A stretch of DNA of 64,000 nucleotides from contig VHBB01000001.1 of the NCBI GenBank assembly GCA_016872155.1, positions 153,007 to 217,006 on the forward strand, in the 5' to 3' direction. This DNA comes from Sphingomonadales bacterium. Its GTDB lineage: Bacteria; Bacteroidota; Bacteroidia; Chitinophagales; Chitinophagaceae. Position numbers and translations under genes: made by a program. Position 1 is the stretch's first letter; each line of letters starts with the position of its first letter. A model generated the notes under the pieces. It worked only from the letters and a program-made list of their open reading frames with translations, made no database searches and was not told the DNA's origin. This document shows positions 28,354-38,519 of this stretch, one piece after another.

Positions 28354-30159
28354 TCAATGTTTACTTTCGTTCGCACCTACGGGCTCGGTCTGGGGAATAA
28401 ACTCGCGTCCATCCTTGGCATAATCATAAGGCCAGCGATGTACTTCGGGAATATCTCCCTCCCAGTTACCATGTCCGGGATTGATAGGCGTTGTCCACTC
28501 CAGTGTGTTAGCGCCCCATGGATTTTGTGAACGAACTTTTCTGCCCTTGTAAATAGAGTAGAAGAAATTGAACACAAACAATAATTGAGCAGCGAACACC
28601 ACGATCGTAACAATGGTGATCATCTGATCGAGATCTCTAAAATTATTAAAGTTGACCCAGCCGCTCTTGTCGAGATAACGGCGAGGTACACCGGCCAATC
28701 CCTGGTAGTGCATAGGCCAGTAGATCAAATAGGCACCGATCATGGTAACCCAGAAATGAATGTAGGCCATGGTATTGTTTAAATAACGGCCGAACATTTT
28801 GGGGAACCAGTGATATACACCGGCGAACATGCCAAAGAAAGAAGCCACTCCCATTACAATGTGAAAGTGCGCAACCACGAACATGGTATCGTGGAGGTGA
28901 ATATCGATGGTAGAGTTGCCTAAGAAGATACCGGTCAGACCACCGGAAATAAACAAGCTTACAAACCCAATGGCGAACAGTGCGCCAGGCGTAAAGCGAA
29001 TGTTTCCTCTCCACAGGGTGGTAAGCCAGTTGAATACCTTGATGGCCGAAGGCACGGCAATGAGCAGGGTAAGCAACACGAACACAGATCCCAAGAACGG
29101 GTTGAGGCCGGTTACGAACATGTGGTGCGCCCACACCAAGAAGGCGAGAATGGCAATAGCAAATAACGAACCGAGCATGGCCATATAACCGAAGATGGGC
29201 TTGCGGCTGTTGACTGACAAGATCTCGGACACCATACCCATGGCCGGTAACAAAATGATGTATACCTCGGGGTGACCCAAGAACCAGAACAAGTGCTGAT
29301 ACAGAATAGCGCTACCGCCTTCGTTGGGGAGTACCTCGCCATTGATCACAATATCACTCAGGTAAAAACTGGTACCCAGGTTACGATCGAACAATAACAG
29401 AATGGCTCCCGAAAGAAGCACAGGAAAAGAAAGTACACCCAAAATGGCTGTAAAGAACACGGCCCAGATGGTAAGTGGCATACGCGTCATGCTCATACCC
29501 TTGGTGCGCATATTTAGGATGGTAGAAATATAATTAAGACCTCCGAGCAGCGAAGACACAATGAACAGCGCCATACTGACCAACCAGAGATCGGTACCGA
29601 TCTTTTGTCCATCTCCTGCTTGCTTGAGTGCACTGAGCGGAGGATACATGGTCCATCCACCCGAGGCAGGACCGGTATTAACGAAGATCGAAGACATCAT
29701 TACCACACTGGCCAAAAAGAAAAACCAGTACGACAACATATTCAGAAACGGAGAGGCCATATCGCGTGCACCGATCTGCAAGGGAATAAGAATATTGGCG
29801 AAGGTTCCGCTCAAACCGGCGGTCAATACAAAGAATACAAGCACTGTTCCGTGCATGGTGACCAACCCGTAATAGAATTCCGGTTGAATCTGCCCGCCTT
29901 TGGCCCATTGACCAAAGAACGTTTCTAAAATAGGGAAAGTCTTGTCGGGGTAGCCCAGCTGGAGACGGAATAATACAGAAAACAGTCCTCCCACAATGGC
30001 CCACACGATACCCGTGATCAGAAATTGCTTTCCGATGGTCTTGTGGTCCATGCTAAAGATGTACTTCGAAATAAAGGACTCGTGGTGATGTCCGTGCTCC
30101 TCGTGGTGCGTTGTAGCTTGCGCGGCTACAGTGGCAGTTGTAATCATTGTTTCACTCAT
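28354..30159 (-). CDS. ctaD: cytochrome c oxidase subunit I
   Basis: 601 aa with LFWFLGHPEVYIILLP and WAHHMFVTG heme-copper oxidase signatures. Confidence 0.95.
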   Translation of the reverse strand: MSETMITTATVAAQATTHHEEHGHHHESFISKYIFSMDHKTIGKQFLITGIVWAIVGGLFSVLFRLQLGYPDKTFPILETFFGQWAKGGQIQPEFYYGLVTMHGTVLVFFVLTAGLSGTFANILIPLQIGARDMASPFLNMLSYWFFFLASVVMMSSIFVNTGPASGGWTMYPPLSALKQAGDGQKIGTDLWLVSMALFIVSSLLGGLNYISTILNMRTKGMSMTRMPLTIWAVFFTAILGVLSFPVLLSGAILLLFDRNLGTSFYLSDIVINGEVLPNEGGSAILYQHLFWFLGHPEVYIILLPAMGMVSEILSVNSRKPIFGYMAMLGSLFAIAILAFLVWAHHMFVTGLNPFLGSVFVLLTLLIAVPSAIKVFNWLTTLWRGNIRFTPGALFAIGFVSLFISGGLTGIFLGNSTIDIHLHDTMFVVAHFHIVMGVASFFGMFAGVYHWFPKMFGRYLNNTMAYIHFWVTMIGAYLIYWPMHYQGLAGVPRRYLDKSGWVNFNNFRDLDQMITIVTIVVFAAQLLFVFNFFYSIYKGRKVRSQNPWGANTLEWTTPINPGHGNWEGDIPEVHRWPYDYAKDGREFIPQTEPVGANESKH

Positions 30160-30191
30160 TGTCTTCGTATTTAAAAGTGTTGATCGTTGAA

Positions 30192-31241
30192 TTAATTTTT
30201 AGCAACGGCGGTGGTCATTGGAAGTGCCACAGACGCGCTGTCTTTTTTAGCCGTGAGATCTTTGTCGGGATTCGCGACCAGGTATTGAGGTTTCTTAGAG
30301 GCCATCCAAGCATCGAACTCCTCTTGTGTCTCGACCACAATGGTACCTCGCATACTCCAGTGACCTTTACCACACATCTGATCACAAGAAAGTTCATAGA
30401 CAAAATCTTTATTGCCGGTCTTCTCTTTCATTTCTTTGGTCGTGAACTTCGGCGTAAACCACATGGTCGTGGGCGTGCCGGGTACGGCATCCATCTTCAT
30501 CCGAAAATGAACCAATCCTACATCGTGAATAACGTCTTTGGCTCCGATTACGAGTTGTACGGGTTTACCCACCACCAGGTGCATTTCTTGCTCCACGAAC
30601 ACGTCATCGTGATTGGCAGGATCTTCCCATAATTGTCCAGCCGGATTACCGGTCACGGCATCCACCTTCTTAAAATATTTTTTTCCCAGTACGCCATCGG
30701 CACCGGGATAGCGAAACTCCCAACCGAACTGCTTTCCGACAACCTCTACCACCATCGCATCTTTGGGAGCGGGGCCCGTAATCTTGAACCAATAGAAGAT
30801 GCCAAACCCGACCAGCACACTCAGGGCAATGGCAGGAATAACGGTCCAGATCAGCTCGAGACGATTGTTATGCGGATAGTAATAGGCTTTACGATGATCG
30901 GACTCCTGGTATTTGTAAGCGAACCAAAAAAGGGCAACCTGCGTACAGATAAATACGATAGAGGTAATGGCCAGGGTAACATAGAGCATTTGGTCCACCA
31001 ATTCTCCGTGATCGGACGCGGGCTCTCCCAGAATACGATCCTTGAGCCACTCGTTACAGAGGTAGACGCCGATCAGGCCAAAGATCAAAAAGCCGAGCAA
31101 CATAAATCCATTGATCCGATTCGATTGCTTGCGGGCGTTTTCGTATCCCTTTATTTGTGACACATACTCACTGGCCTTGGATATCTGCAGAATGATCACA
31201 AACACCAAAACCAAAATCGCAAGGATAAAGAATGTCTGCAT
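30192..31241 (-). CDS. ctaC: cytochrome c oxidase subunit II (CuA; no fused cytochrome c domain)
   Basis: 349 aa with CuA ligands in SCDQMCGKGHWSM. There is no CxxCH motif anywhere in the protein. Confidence 0.9.
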   Translation of the reverse strand: MQTFFILAILVLVFVIILQISKASEYVSQIKGYENARKQSNRINGFMLLGFLIFGLIGVYLCNEWLKDRILGEPASDHGELVDQMLYVTLAITSIVFICTQVALFWFAYKYQESDHRKAYYYPHNNRLELIWTVIPAIALSVLVGFGIFYWFKITGPAPKDAMVVEVVGKQFGWEFRYPGADGVLGKKYFKKVDAVTGNPAGQLWEDPANHDDVFVEQEMHLVVGKPVQLVIGAKDVIHDVGLVHFRMKMDAVPGTPTTMWFTPKFTTKEMKEKTGNKDFVYELSCDQMCGKGHWSMRGTIVVETQEEFDAWMASKKPQYLVANPDKDLTAKKDSASVALPMTTAVAKN

Positions 31242-31286
31242 AAATTATCGTCTGTTAAAGCTTCTTGTTTTCGTTTCTAGCTATAA

Positions 31287-32519
31287 TTAAGTATGATGGA
31301 TCAAACTCTCTTTTACAAAAGGATGGTTGCGGGCCAGCAAGGGTGCCTTGGTAAGCGCGCGGGCGGTCGCGTACATAATCAATCCCACAAATCCTAAAGC
31401 GATCCCCAGGTCGTAAATGATATTCGGCACCTTGTTAGGCGATACGGCCGGAAACACCATCTGGTAAAAATCGAGCCAGTGACCAAAAATGATCAAAACG
31501 GCCATTAGTGCTACCGTACCATAATTACGCTTGGCACTACGCGTCATCAAGATCAGCAAGGGCGCAATAAAGTTGATAATGAACATCAGCCAGAAGATCC
31601 CTTTATAGATACCGTGTGCCCGAGGTTGAAAATAGATGGTCTCTTCGGGAATGTTCGCATACCAGATCAGCATGAACTGCGAGAACCACAGATAGGTCCA
31701 AAACACAGAGAAGGCGAACATAAATTTACCTAAGTCATGTAAGTGCTCGTTATTGACATACTCCAGGTAATCGTTATTCTTTAAGAAGATCACGAACAGC
31801 GCAATCAATGCGATCCCCGATACGAACGTACTGGCAAAGGTATACCAGCTGTACATGGTGCTATACCAGTGCGCGTCGATGCTCATCAGCCATAACCAGG
31901 GAATAGAAGACATTACCGTTAAAGAGAACAATACAATGAATAACGCTGCCCATACGGTATTGTTAAAAATATACTTCTTGCGATCTTCTAGCGTAGCCAA
32001 GGGCTCGTTGTCTAACTTTCTCGAGAGCTGGCGCATCTTATAGCCCAACAAAGACCAACCAACAATCGTAATGATCGTGGCTATGGCAAAGAAGGGCTTG
32101 TTCAAAAATCCTTTTTTATGCGATAAGATCGGGTCGTGCATCACATGCTCCGCATCGGTCCAGTGATAGATAGTATGATTGTCTCCAAATACAATGGCCA
32201 GTAAAATAGCCCCACAAATAACACCGATCACAGGTACTACCGCCGAAATAGCCTCGGGCACACGGCGAAAGGCCATTTGCCATCCTCCCCAGGCCAGCGT
32301 GGTAATACAAATAAAGAACATAGAGGCATTCACGACCAGCAAGAAGAACACACTGTTTTGCAACAGCGAGGCCCAGAAGCGGGCTTGTTCTTTGGGATCG
32401 TCACTAGAACCACTGGTCACCCAAAGACCAATGATAGAAAGCAGACCGAATGCCATCAGCGCCATAGAGATAGTCTGAAAGCGCTTTGGAACGGTGAAAG
32501 TAGATCGGATAGCCATCAT
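31287..32519 (-). CDS. actF: alternative complex III subunit ActF (quinol:cytochrome c oxidoreductase membrane subunit)
   Basis: 410 aa polytopic membrane protein at the sixth position of an actABCDEF-ordered cluster. Confidence 0.8.
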   Translation of the reverse strand: MMAIRSTFTVPKRFQTISMALMAFGLLSIIGLWVTSGSSDDPKEQARFWASLLQNSVFFLLVVNASMFFICITTLAWGGWQMAFRRVPEAISAVVPVIGVICGAILLAIVFGDNHTIYHWTDAEHVMHDPILSHKKGFLNKPFFAIATIITIVGWSLLGYKMRQLSRKLDNEPLATLEDRKKYIFNNTVWAALFIVLFSLTVMSSIPWLWLMSIDAHWYSTMYSWYTFASTFVSGIALIALFVIFLKNNDYLEYVNNEHLHDLGKFMFAFSVFWTYLWFSQFMLIWYANIPEETIYFQPRAHGIYKGIFWLMFIINFIAPLLILMTRSAKRNYGTVALMAVLIIFGHWLDFYQMVFPAVSPNKVPNIIYDLGIALGFVGLIMYATARALTKAPLLARNHPFVKESLIHHT

Positions 32520-32545
32520 TCGTTATTTAATATGCATGAATTCAT

Positions 32546-33160
32546 TTAGTTTCCGGCAGGGGCCGCTGCTGCAGTGGCACCGCCGCCGGCCTCTATTTGT
32601 TTTAGTTTGATGTACGCCACGATCTCCCAGCGTTGCTTTGAACTTAGCTGAGAACCGTATCCTCCCATCAGATTCTTTCCGTAGGTAATCGAGTGAAACA
32701 TGGTACCCTCGGCCATGTTCAGGGCCAGCGGATCGCCAATAAGATTACGAGGAGCCGCGGTATAGGGACCATCGCCACCTTTCCATAGTGGACCGTTGCC
32801 GTCGAGCTTGGTACCATGACAAATACCACAATTGATCAAATAGATGCGCTCGGCCTCTGTCATATCGATGGCCGCCACATCGAGCGGATTTTTTACTTCA
32901 GCAGAACGAACATAGCCCACAGAATCATTAGCAAAGGGATATGCAGCCATCGCGCCGCGCGCTACAGTGCCTTCGACCGGACGAGCATTGTAGTGCACCC
33001 CTGCCTCTTGCAGTGCAGCGGTGGAAGCGTAGGTTTCGTAAGCACGACTGTACGCCATATCGGGCATATAGACACGTCCTTCTTCGCGACGCACGCTGTT
33101 GCATGCAGCAAAGACCAATGCCAGTGCCAAAGTTCCTGTAAGAAGTATGTTTTTTCTCAT
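32546..33160 (-). CDS. actE: alternative complex III monoheme cytochrome c lipoprotein ActE
   Basis: 204 aa with lipobox LVFAAC and a single heme-c motif, CGICH. Confidence 0.85.
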   Translation of the reverse strand: MRKNILLTGTLALALVFAACNSVRREEGRVYMPDMAYSRAYETYASTAALQEAGVHYNARPVEGTVARGAMAAYPFANDSVGYVRSAEVKNPLDVAAIDMTEAERIYLINCGICHGTKLDGNGPLWKGGDGPYTAAPRNLIGDPLALNMAEGTMFHSITYGKNLMGGYGSQLSSKQRWEIVAYIKLKQIEAGGGATAAAAPAGN

Positions 33161-33186
33161 AGTCTGTTATTATAAATACAAGCGAA

Positions 33187-33777
33187 TTAATTTTTTTCGA
33201 AGCGCATCTTATCGTTGGCATAGCTACCCAACCACCAGCCCGTTTCGCGGGTCTCTACTTTAACATCGGTGGCACCGATCGATTGCAGAAACTGTTGTGC
33301 CTCGGCTTCGTTGGTAGAACCGGTACACTCCAGCGCCATTACGAACGTATCGTCGGTAGAGCGAGGATTAAAATGCTCTTTCTTGACAAAGGGAGCCAGC
33401 TGACAGAGCCAGCAAAACGTAAGCACCATGCCCACGGCGGCGAATAAAACCGTCAACTCGAATGTAACGGGTATCCACGCAGGCAATGCGAAATAAGGCT
33501 TACCGCCAAAGTTGATCGCCCAATCGATAGTAAGGGCCCAGGTAATAAAACTTACCGCCGTAGTGGTACCGGTAATACCATAGATAAAACCGGCCGTATG
33601 CAAACTGGTATCACGCAGGCCCATCTCCTTGTCTAATCCGTGTATAGGAAAAGGCGTAAACACATCATGCAACTTATACCCTGCGCGACGAACTTTTTTT
33701 ACAGCAGGAAACAGCACGGCCTCGTCGGTAAAGCTGCCTACTATGAATTTCTTTTTCGCCATACTATCTTTTTTCAA
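33187..33777 (-). CDS. actD: alternative complex III subunit ActD (DUF3341)
   Basis: 196 aa with a soluble N-domain plus two TM helices, in the canonical position between actC and actE. Confidence 0.8.
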   Translation of the reverse strand: MKKDSMAKKKFIVGSFTDEAVLFPAVKKVRRAGYKLHDVFTPFPIHGLDKEMGLRDTSLHTAGFIYGITGTTTAVSFITWALTIDWAINFGGKPYFALPAWIPVTFELTVLFAAVGMVLTFCWLCQLAPFVKKEHFNPRSTDDTFVMALECTGSTNEAEAQQFLQSIGATDVKVETRETGWWLGSYANDKMRFEKN

Positions 33778-33783
33778 TTTTTA

Positions 33784-35232
33784 TTAATGTTCATGAAGAT
33801 GATGCTCGCTGAATTGCGAGACCGTATCTTCTTCTTCTTTGGTCATTTTGGCCTTATAGTTTTCTCCGTTCTTCTTAAGGATATGCTTGATCTCTGCGAT
33901 CGCAATGACCGGGAAGAATTTCGAGAACAAAAAGTAACAGGTAAAAAAGAGTCCGAAAGTACCCAGGTAAAATCCTACCTCCCATATGGTGGGCGTATAA
34001 TAGGTACTCCAGGCAGAGGGCAGGTAATCGCGGTACACAGAGGTAACGATAATTACAAAACGCTCGAACCACATGCCGATATTGACCAATATCGACATAA
34101 AGAAGGTCACGAATAGGTTGCGACGCATTTTGCGGAACCAGAAGATCTGTGGAGACAATACGTTACAACCCATCATCAACCAATAACTCCATCCGTAGGG
34201 GCTATTCAGGTTCAAGCGGTTTTCTTTAAAGGCGAACCACTCGTAATCTACCGCACTATACCAGGCCATAAACAACTCGGTCAGGTAAGCGATACCTACG
34301 ATAGAACCGGTAAGAACGATTACCTTATTCATAACATCGATATGCTCGATGGTAATATATTCTTCTAGTGAAAGCACCTTGCGGGTGACCAGCAATAGCG
34401 TTTGCACCATGGCAAAACCAGAGAAGATGGCACCGGCCACGAAGTAAGGAGGAAAGATCGTAGTATGCCATCCGGGTACGACCGACGTGGCAAAGTCGAA
34501 CGATACGATCGTGTGCACCGAAAGTACCAGCGGAGTACTTAGCCCGGCCAGTACCAGCGAAAGAGCTTCGTGACGCTGCCAATGTTTGGTAGAACCCGTC
34601 CAGCCGAACGAGGCCACGCCATAAAACGCTTTTCTCCATTTTAGTTTGGCGCGATCGCGAAGCGTAGCCAGATCGGGAATCAATCCCGAATACCAGAAGA
34701 GCAACGACACGGTAAAGTAAGTAGAGATTGCAAACACGTCCCAGAGCAGGGGTGAGTTAAAATTAACCCACAGCGGGCCGCGGCTATTGGGGTACGGAAA
34801 CACAAAGAAGGCATTCCATACACGACCCATGTGCCATACCGGAAACTGTCCGGCACACATTACGGCAAAAATGGTCATGGCCTCGGCAGCACGGTTAACC
34901 CCGGTTCTCCACCCCTGACGAAACAGCAACAAGATGGCCGAGATGAGTGTACCTGCGTGACCGATACCTACCCACCATACGAAGTTGGTAATGTCCCAAC
35001 CCCAACCAATGGTACGGTTAAGGTTCCACTGACCGGTACCATAGGTTACTTCGGTAGCTACCGAGATAATACCGAACAAGAGCAATCCTAAGGAGATCAA
35101 AAATCCTGTCCACCACAACCGAGAAGGCTTGGCCTCTACGGGGCGACAGATATCTTCAGTTACCTGGTGGTAATCCTTGGTACCATCGACCAAGGGAGCT
35201 CTTACCTGTGATTCGTATCGGAGTAATGACAT
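33784..35232 (-). CDS. actC: alternative complex III quinol-interacting membrane subunit ActC (NrfD/PsrC-like)
   Basis: 482 aa with about 10 TM helices, an NrfD-family look, directly downstream of actB. Confidence 0.9.
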   Translation of the reverse strand: MSLLRYESQVRAPLVDGTKDYHQVTEDICRPVEAKPSRLWWTGFLISLGLLLFGIISVATEVTYGTGQWNLNRTIGWGWDITNFVWWVGIGHAGTLISAILLLFRQGWRTGVNRAAEAMTIFAVMCAGQFPVWHMGRVWNAFFVFPYPNSRGPLWVNFNSPLLWDVFAISTYFTVSLLFWYSGLIPDLATLRDRAKLKWRKAFYGVASFGWTGSTKHWQRHEALSLVLAGLSTPLVLSVHTIVSFDFATSVVPGWHTTIFPPYFVAGAIFSGFAMVQTLLLVTRKVLSLEEYITIEHIDVMNKVIVLTGSIVGIAYLTELFMAWYSAVDYEWFAFKENRLNLNSPYGWSYWLMMGCNVLSPQIFWFRKMRRNLFVTFFMSILVNIGMWFERFVIIVTSVYRDYLPSAWSTYYTPTIWEVGFYLGTFGLFFTCYFLFSKFFPVIAIAEIKHILKKNGENYKAKMTKEEEDTVSQFSEHHLHEH

Positions 35233-35261
35233 AATAAAGATTGATATAGTTGGTTCAGGTA

Positions 35262-38200
35262 TTAATGATGGGCGGCTTCTGGTTTAGCAGCTTCGTGCGC
35301 AGGAGCGGCATGGCTAGATTTCTCTGTACCATGATCGGCCCCGGCTGCAGCGTGATGCGAATCGGACTCGATGATCTCGTCGGTGTTGCGCACTTTGGCC
35401 AAGTAGCTAACATTGGGCAACACGTGGAGTTGCTCCAGTACATAGTAGCTGCGATTGGTATTGTTGGCGCGTACCGCATTGATGACACTGCTGGCATCGT
35501 GCACGTTACCGAACACGATGGCATTCGAGGCGCAGGCGGTTTGACAAGCGGTTTTAGCTTCTCCGTCTTGCAGCGGACGACCGGCTTTCTTCGCTTCGAG
35601 CTTGGCCGCTTGCAAACGCTGAAAACAGAAAGAACATTTTTCGATTACCCCGCGAGAGCGAACCGTTACATCGGGGTTCAGCACCATACGAGTTAGATCG
35701 TCGTTCATTTGCTCTATTACCGGATCGAGCTTACCAACCAGTTGCTGGTCGCGGTTGTTGGGGAAGCTATCAGCACCGGTATAGTCGGCCCAGTTAAAGC
35801 GACGTACTTTATAAGGACAGTTATTGGCGCAGTAACGCGTACCGATACAACGGTTATAGGTCATTTGGTTGATGCCTTCCGAGCTGTGATTGGTGGCCGC
35901 TACCGGACAAACGTTCTCGCAAGGAGCATTGTCGCAGTGCTGGCACATCATGGGCTGAAACACTACGCCTTTTAGTTCATCAGGATTCGCAGCGTCGCTT
36001 ACAAAGTAGCGATCGATACGCAACCAGTGCATATCATGATAACGAAGCACTTCGCTCTTACCGACCACGGGAACATTGTTCTCGGCATGACAAGCCACCA
36101 CACAAGCACCACATCCGTAGCAGGCATTCATATCGATGTTCATGCCCCACTTAATACCGGGCTGGTCGTGCGTAGGATACAGCGTACCCTCTTTGCGAAA
36201 ATCGGTGGTGAGCCCATCCTTGCTCTTGCCATAGGTCTCTTCGAGATGATGGCGATAATCAGGAATAACCGAAGGATGTTTTTTAAGAGTGGCCAGCGTA
36301 GTCTCGCGCACCACCTCCACACGATCTTCGTAGGTATTGTGAATCTGCATCTGGGCCACCTTCTCTTTGCGCTTGGCATCGGTAATAGTGGCGACCGTAG
36401 CATAAGCAACGCCGTTATCGGTACGAGTGGTAAATGCATAGGCATTTTGCCCGACTCCCGCAGCCGTGCGTCCTAATTTTTCGCCGCGCCCGTAGCCGAG
36501 TGCTACGGCAATAGTATTGGGTTGCATACCCGGAATAACCAACACGGGCAACTCCAATTCTTTTTTGCCAACGGTAATTTTAATAACGGGCTTTTGCGGA
36601 TAGTATTCGTAATTGTTACTTTCTTTTTCGGTACCATTAAGCAGATTAACGCCCAACAATTCTTTGGCCATTGTCATGCTGATGAGCGCATAGTTGCCCC
36701 AAGTGGCTTTCGAGATCGCATCGGGTAATTCTTGCAACCAGGGGTTGGTAGCACCGACACCGGTACCGATAGAAGCTTTTTGATATAATACGATCTCCGT
36801 TCCTGTAACGGCGGGTGTTGCCGTAATAGCTTGCGCCGCTCCCGCCAACGAAGCACTACTATAAGAACCAGCAGCGGCAGGCAGTGATTTATCTTGCAAT
36901 CCCTCTTGTAAAACAGTATTGAATGCGGTCTCACTACCCAGGGCCTTGATCCAGTATTGTTTAAAATATTCTTCGTACGAAGTATCGTTACCACTCCATT
37001 TTAACAATGAGGTTTGAAAAGCTCTTGTTTTAAATAAAGGATAGATAGTAGGTTGAATAAAGCTGATCACGCCGGCCTTAGGCGCTGCATCTCCCCAGCT
37101 TTCCAAATAATGATGCGAAGGGATCACGAACTGACAAAGCTCTGTGGTCTCATCCATGCGTTCGCTGAACGATACACTCAGTTTTACCTTTCCCATAGCC
37201 GATGCGAACGCAGCCGCATCATGATAAGAGTAGGCAGGGTTCGCGCCGTAGATCATAAGAGCGCCGACCGTACCGGCTTGCATATCCACGATCAATTGCT
37301 CAAATTCACTATCGATACCAGCGCGATAATTAACAGGTTTACCCCAATCGATGGTCTTACCATACGCGCCGATGGCATTGTTGATTGCATTGACAACGAC
37401 TTGTACATTCTTATCGTTGCTACCGCAAACAACCAGTGAAGCTCCTTTATTTTTAAGCAGATCGGCAGCAGCTTTTTCAATACCGGCCTTCAGCTTTGCC
37501 TCTTTAATTCCATTTACACCCGATCCTGATACGGCAGACAATAGCGCCAGCGCTACCAATCCGGTTTCGGAGGGACGGCACACAAAACGCTCATCAGCGC
37601 TGGCACCCGTCATACTCAAATACCCTTCGAACTGGTAATGCTTGCTCATCGAAGGATTCTTTTCGTCGATCTTTCTTCCTACCGCATATCCTTTGGCAAA
37701 CTCCACAGGGCTTAACCAGCTACCCAGAAAATCGGCACCGAGACTTACTACTACATTGGCAGCAGCAAAATCGTAAGAAGGAAGACGACGTCCGAATCCG
37801 GAAGCTTCGTTGGCCAGGAGCATTCCGCTATAAGAAACCGCATCATATTGTACATGACGAAGCCCGGGATAAGCGGCAATGATCGCTTGTGTAGAGGGAG
37901 AATTGAGCGTACTGGTCAACAAAACTTTGCTGCCTGAGGCATTTTGCATAGCATCAGCCACCAGTTTATCGAACTGTTCAAATGTGGGCACTTCTTCGAA
38001 ACGAGCTTCATTGCCTTTCCCCACTTTTTGTTGAGGAAAGCGAAGACGATGCGTATCATAAAGATCGAGCACCGATGCTTGCACACGGGCAGAGGTTCCC
38101 CCACCGGTAAAGGCAGCGCGATCGTTTCCTTCAATTTTTATAGGACGGCCATCGCGTACTTTGGCTAAGACCGGAACCACATCACCTTCTTGCACAAACG

Positions 38201-38486
38201 TAGTGGCATAATATTGAGCCACGCCGGGGATGATATTCTCGGGGCGGTTGGCAAAGGGGATCGCTTTTTTTACCGGAATGGTACAACTCGCAGCCAGGCT
38301 GGCAGCGGCGGTACTGAATCCGAGGTATTTTAGAAAATCCCGGCGGGGCGCTTTGGCGTCGAGCAGACCTTTGTCGTCGAAGCCCTCAAAGGGCAACTCT
38401 TCGCGAAACTCATCCTGCTGTTGCTTGGCAAACTGCTCGCTCTCATTGACCTCCCCGAAACTCTGCCAGTACTTTTTTTGGCTCAT
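35262..38486 (-). CDS. actB: alternative complex III subunit ActB (fused molybdopterin-oxidoreductase-like and Fe-S modules)
   Basis: 1074 aa. Twin-arginine motif RRDFLKYLG followed by lipobox LAASC. Cys clusters CYGCGACVVAC, CQHCDNAPCENVCP and CIGTRYCANNCP. Confidence 0.9.
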   Translation of the reverse strand: MSQKKYWQSFGEVNESEQFAKQQQDEFREELPFEGFDDKGLLDAKAPRRDFLKYLGFSTAAASLAASCTIPVKKAIPFANRPENIIPGVAQYYATTFVQEGDVVPVLAKVRDGRPIKIEGNDRAAFTGGGTSARVQASVLDLYDTHRLRFPQQKVGKGNEARFEEVPTFEQFDKLVADAMQNASGSKVLLTSTLNSPSTQAIIAAYPGLRHVQYDAVSYSGMLLANEASGFGRRLPSYDFAAANVVVSLGADFLGSWLSPVEFAKGYAVGRKIDEKNPSMSKHYQFEGYLSMTGASADERFVCRPSETGLVALALLSAVSGSGVNGIKEAKLKAGIEKAAADLLKNKGASLVVCGSNDKNVQVVVNAINNAIGAYGKTIDWGKPVNYRAGIDSEFEQLIVDMQAGTVGALMIYGANPAYSYHDAAAFASAMGKVKLSVSFSERMDETTELCQFVIPSHHYLESWGDAAPKAGVISFIQPTIYPLFKTRAFQTSLLKWSGNDTSYEEYFKQYWIKALGSETAFNTVLQEGLQDKSLPAAAGSYSSASLAGAAQAITATPAVTGTEIVLYQKASIGTGVGATNPWLQELPDAISKATWGNYALISMTMAKELLGVNLLNGTEKESNNYEYYPQKPVIKITVGKKELELPVLVIPGMQPNTIAVALGYGRGEKLGRTAAGVGQNAYAFTTRTDNGVAYATVATITDAKRKEKVAQMQIHNTYEDRVEVVRETTLATLKKHPSVIPDYRHHLEETYGKSKDGLTTDFRKEGTLYPTHDQPGIKWGMNIDMNACYGCGACVVACHAENNVPVVGKSEVLRYHDMHWLRIDRYFVSDAANPDELKGVVFQPMMCQHCDNAPCENVCPVAATNHSSEGINQMTYNRCIGTRYCANNCPYKVRRFNWADYTGADSFPNNRDQQLVGKLDPVIEQMNDDLTRMVLNPDVTVRSRGVIEKCSFCFQRLQAAKLEAKKAGRPLQDGEAKTACQTACASNAIVFGNVHDASSVINAVRANNTNRSYYVLEQLHVLPNVSYLAKVRNTDEIIESDSHHAAAGADHGTEKSSHAAPAHEAAKPEAAHH

Positions 38487-38519
38487 ATTATCCTTGGTTG
38501 GTTGGGTTCAAATAATAGA

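Noticed and set aside
35262-35370. His-rich termini as a shared metal-binding feature. The stretches are the ActB C-terminus (HHAAAGADHGTEKSSHAAPAHEAAKPEAAHH), the ActC C-terminus (SEHHLHEH) and the CoxI N-terminus (THHEEHGHHHE).
   Set aside because: The termini face different compartments. His-rich CoxI N-termini are common in bacteria. The stretches are low complexity, so I cannot support a functional claim.
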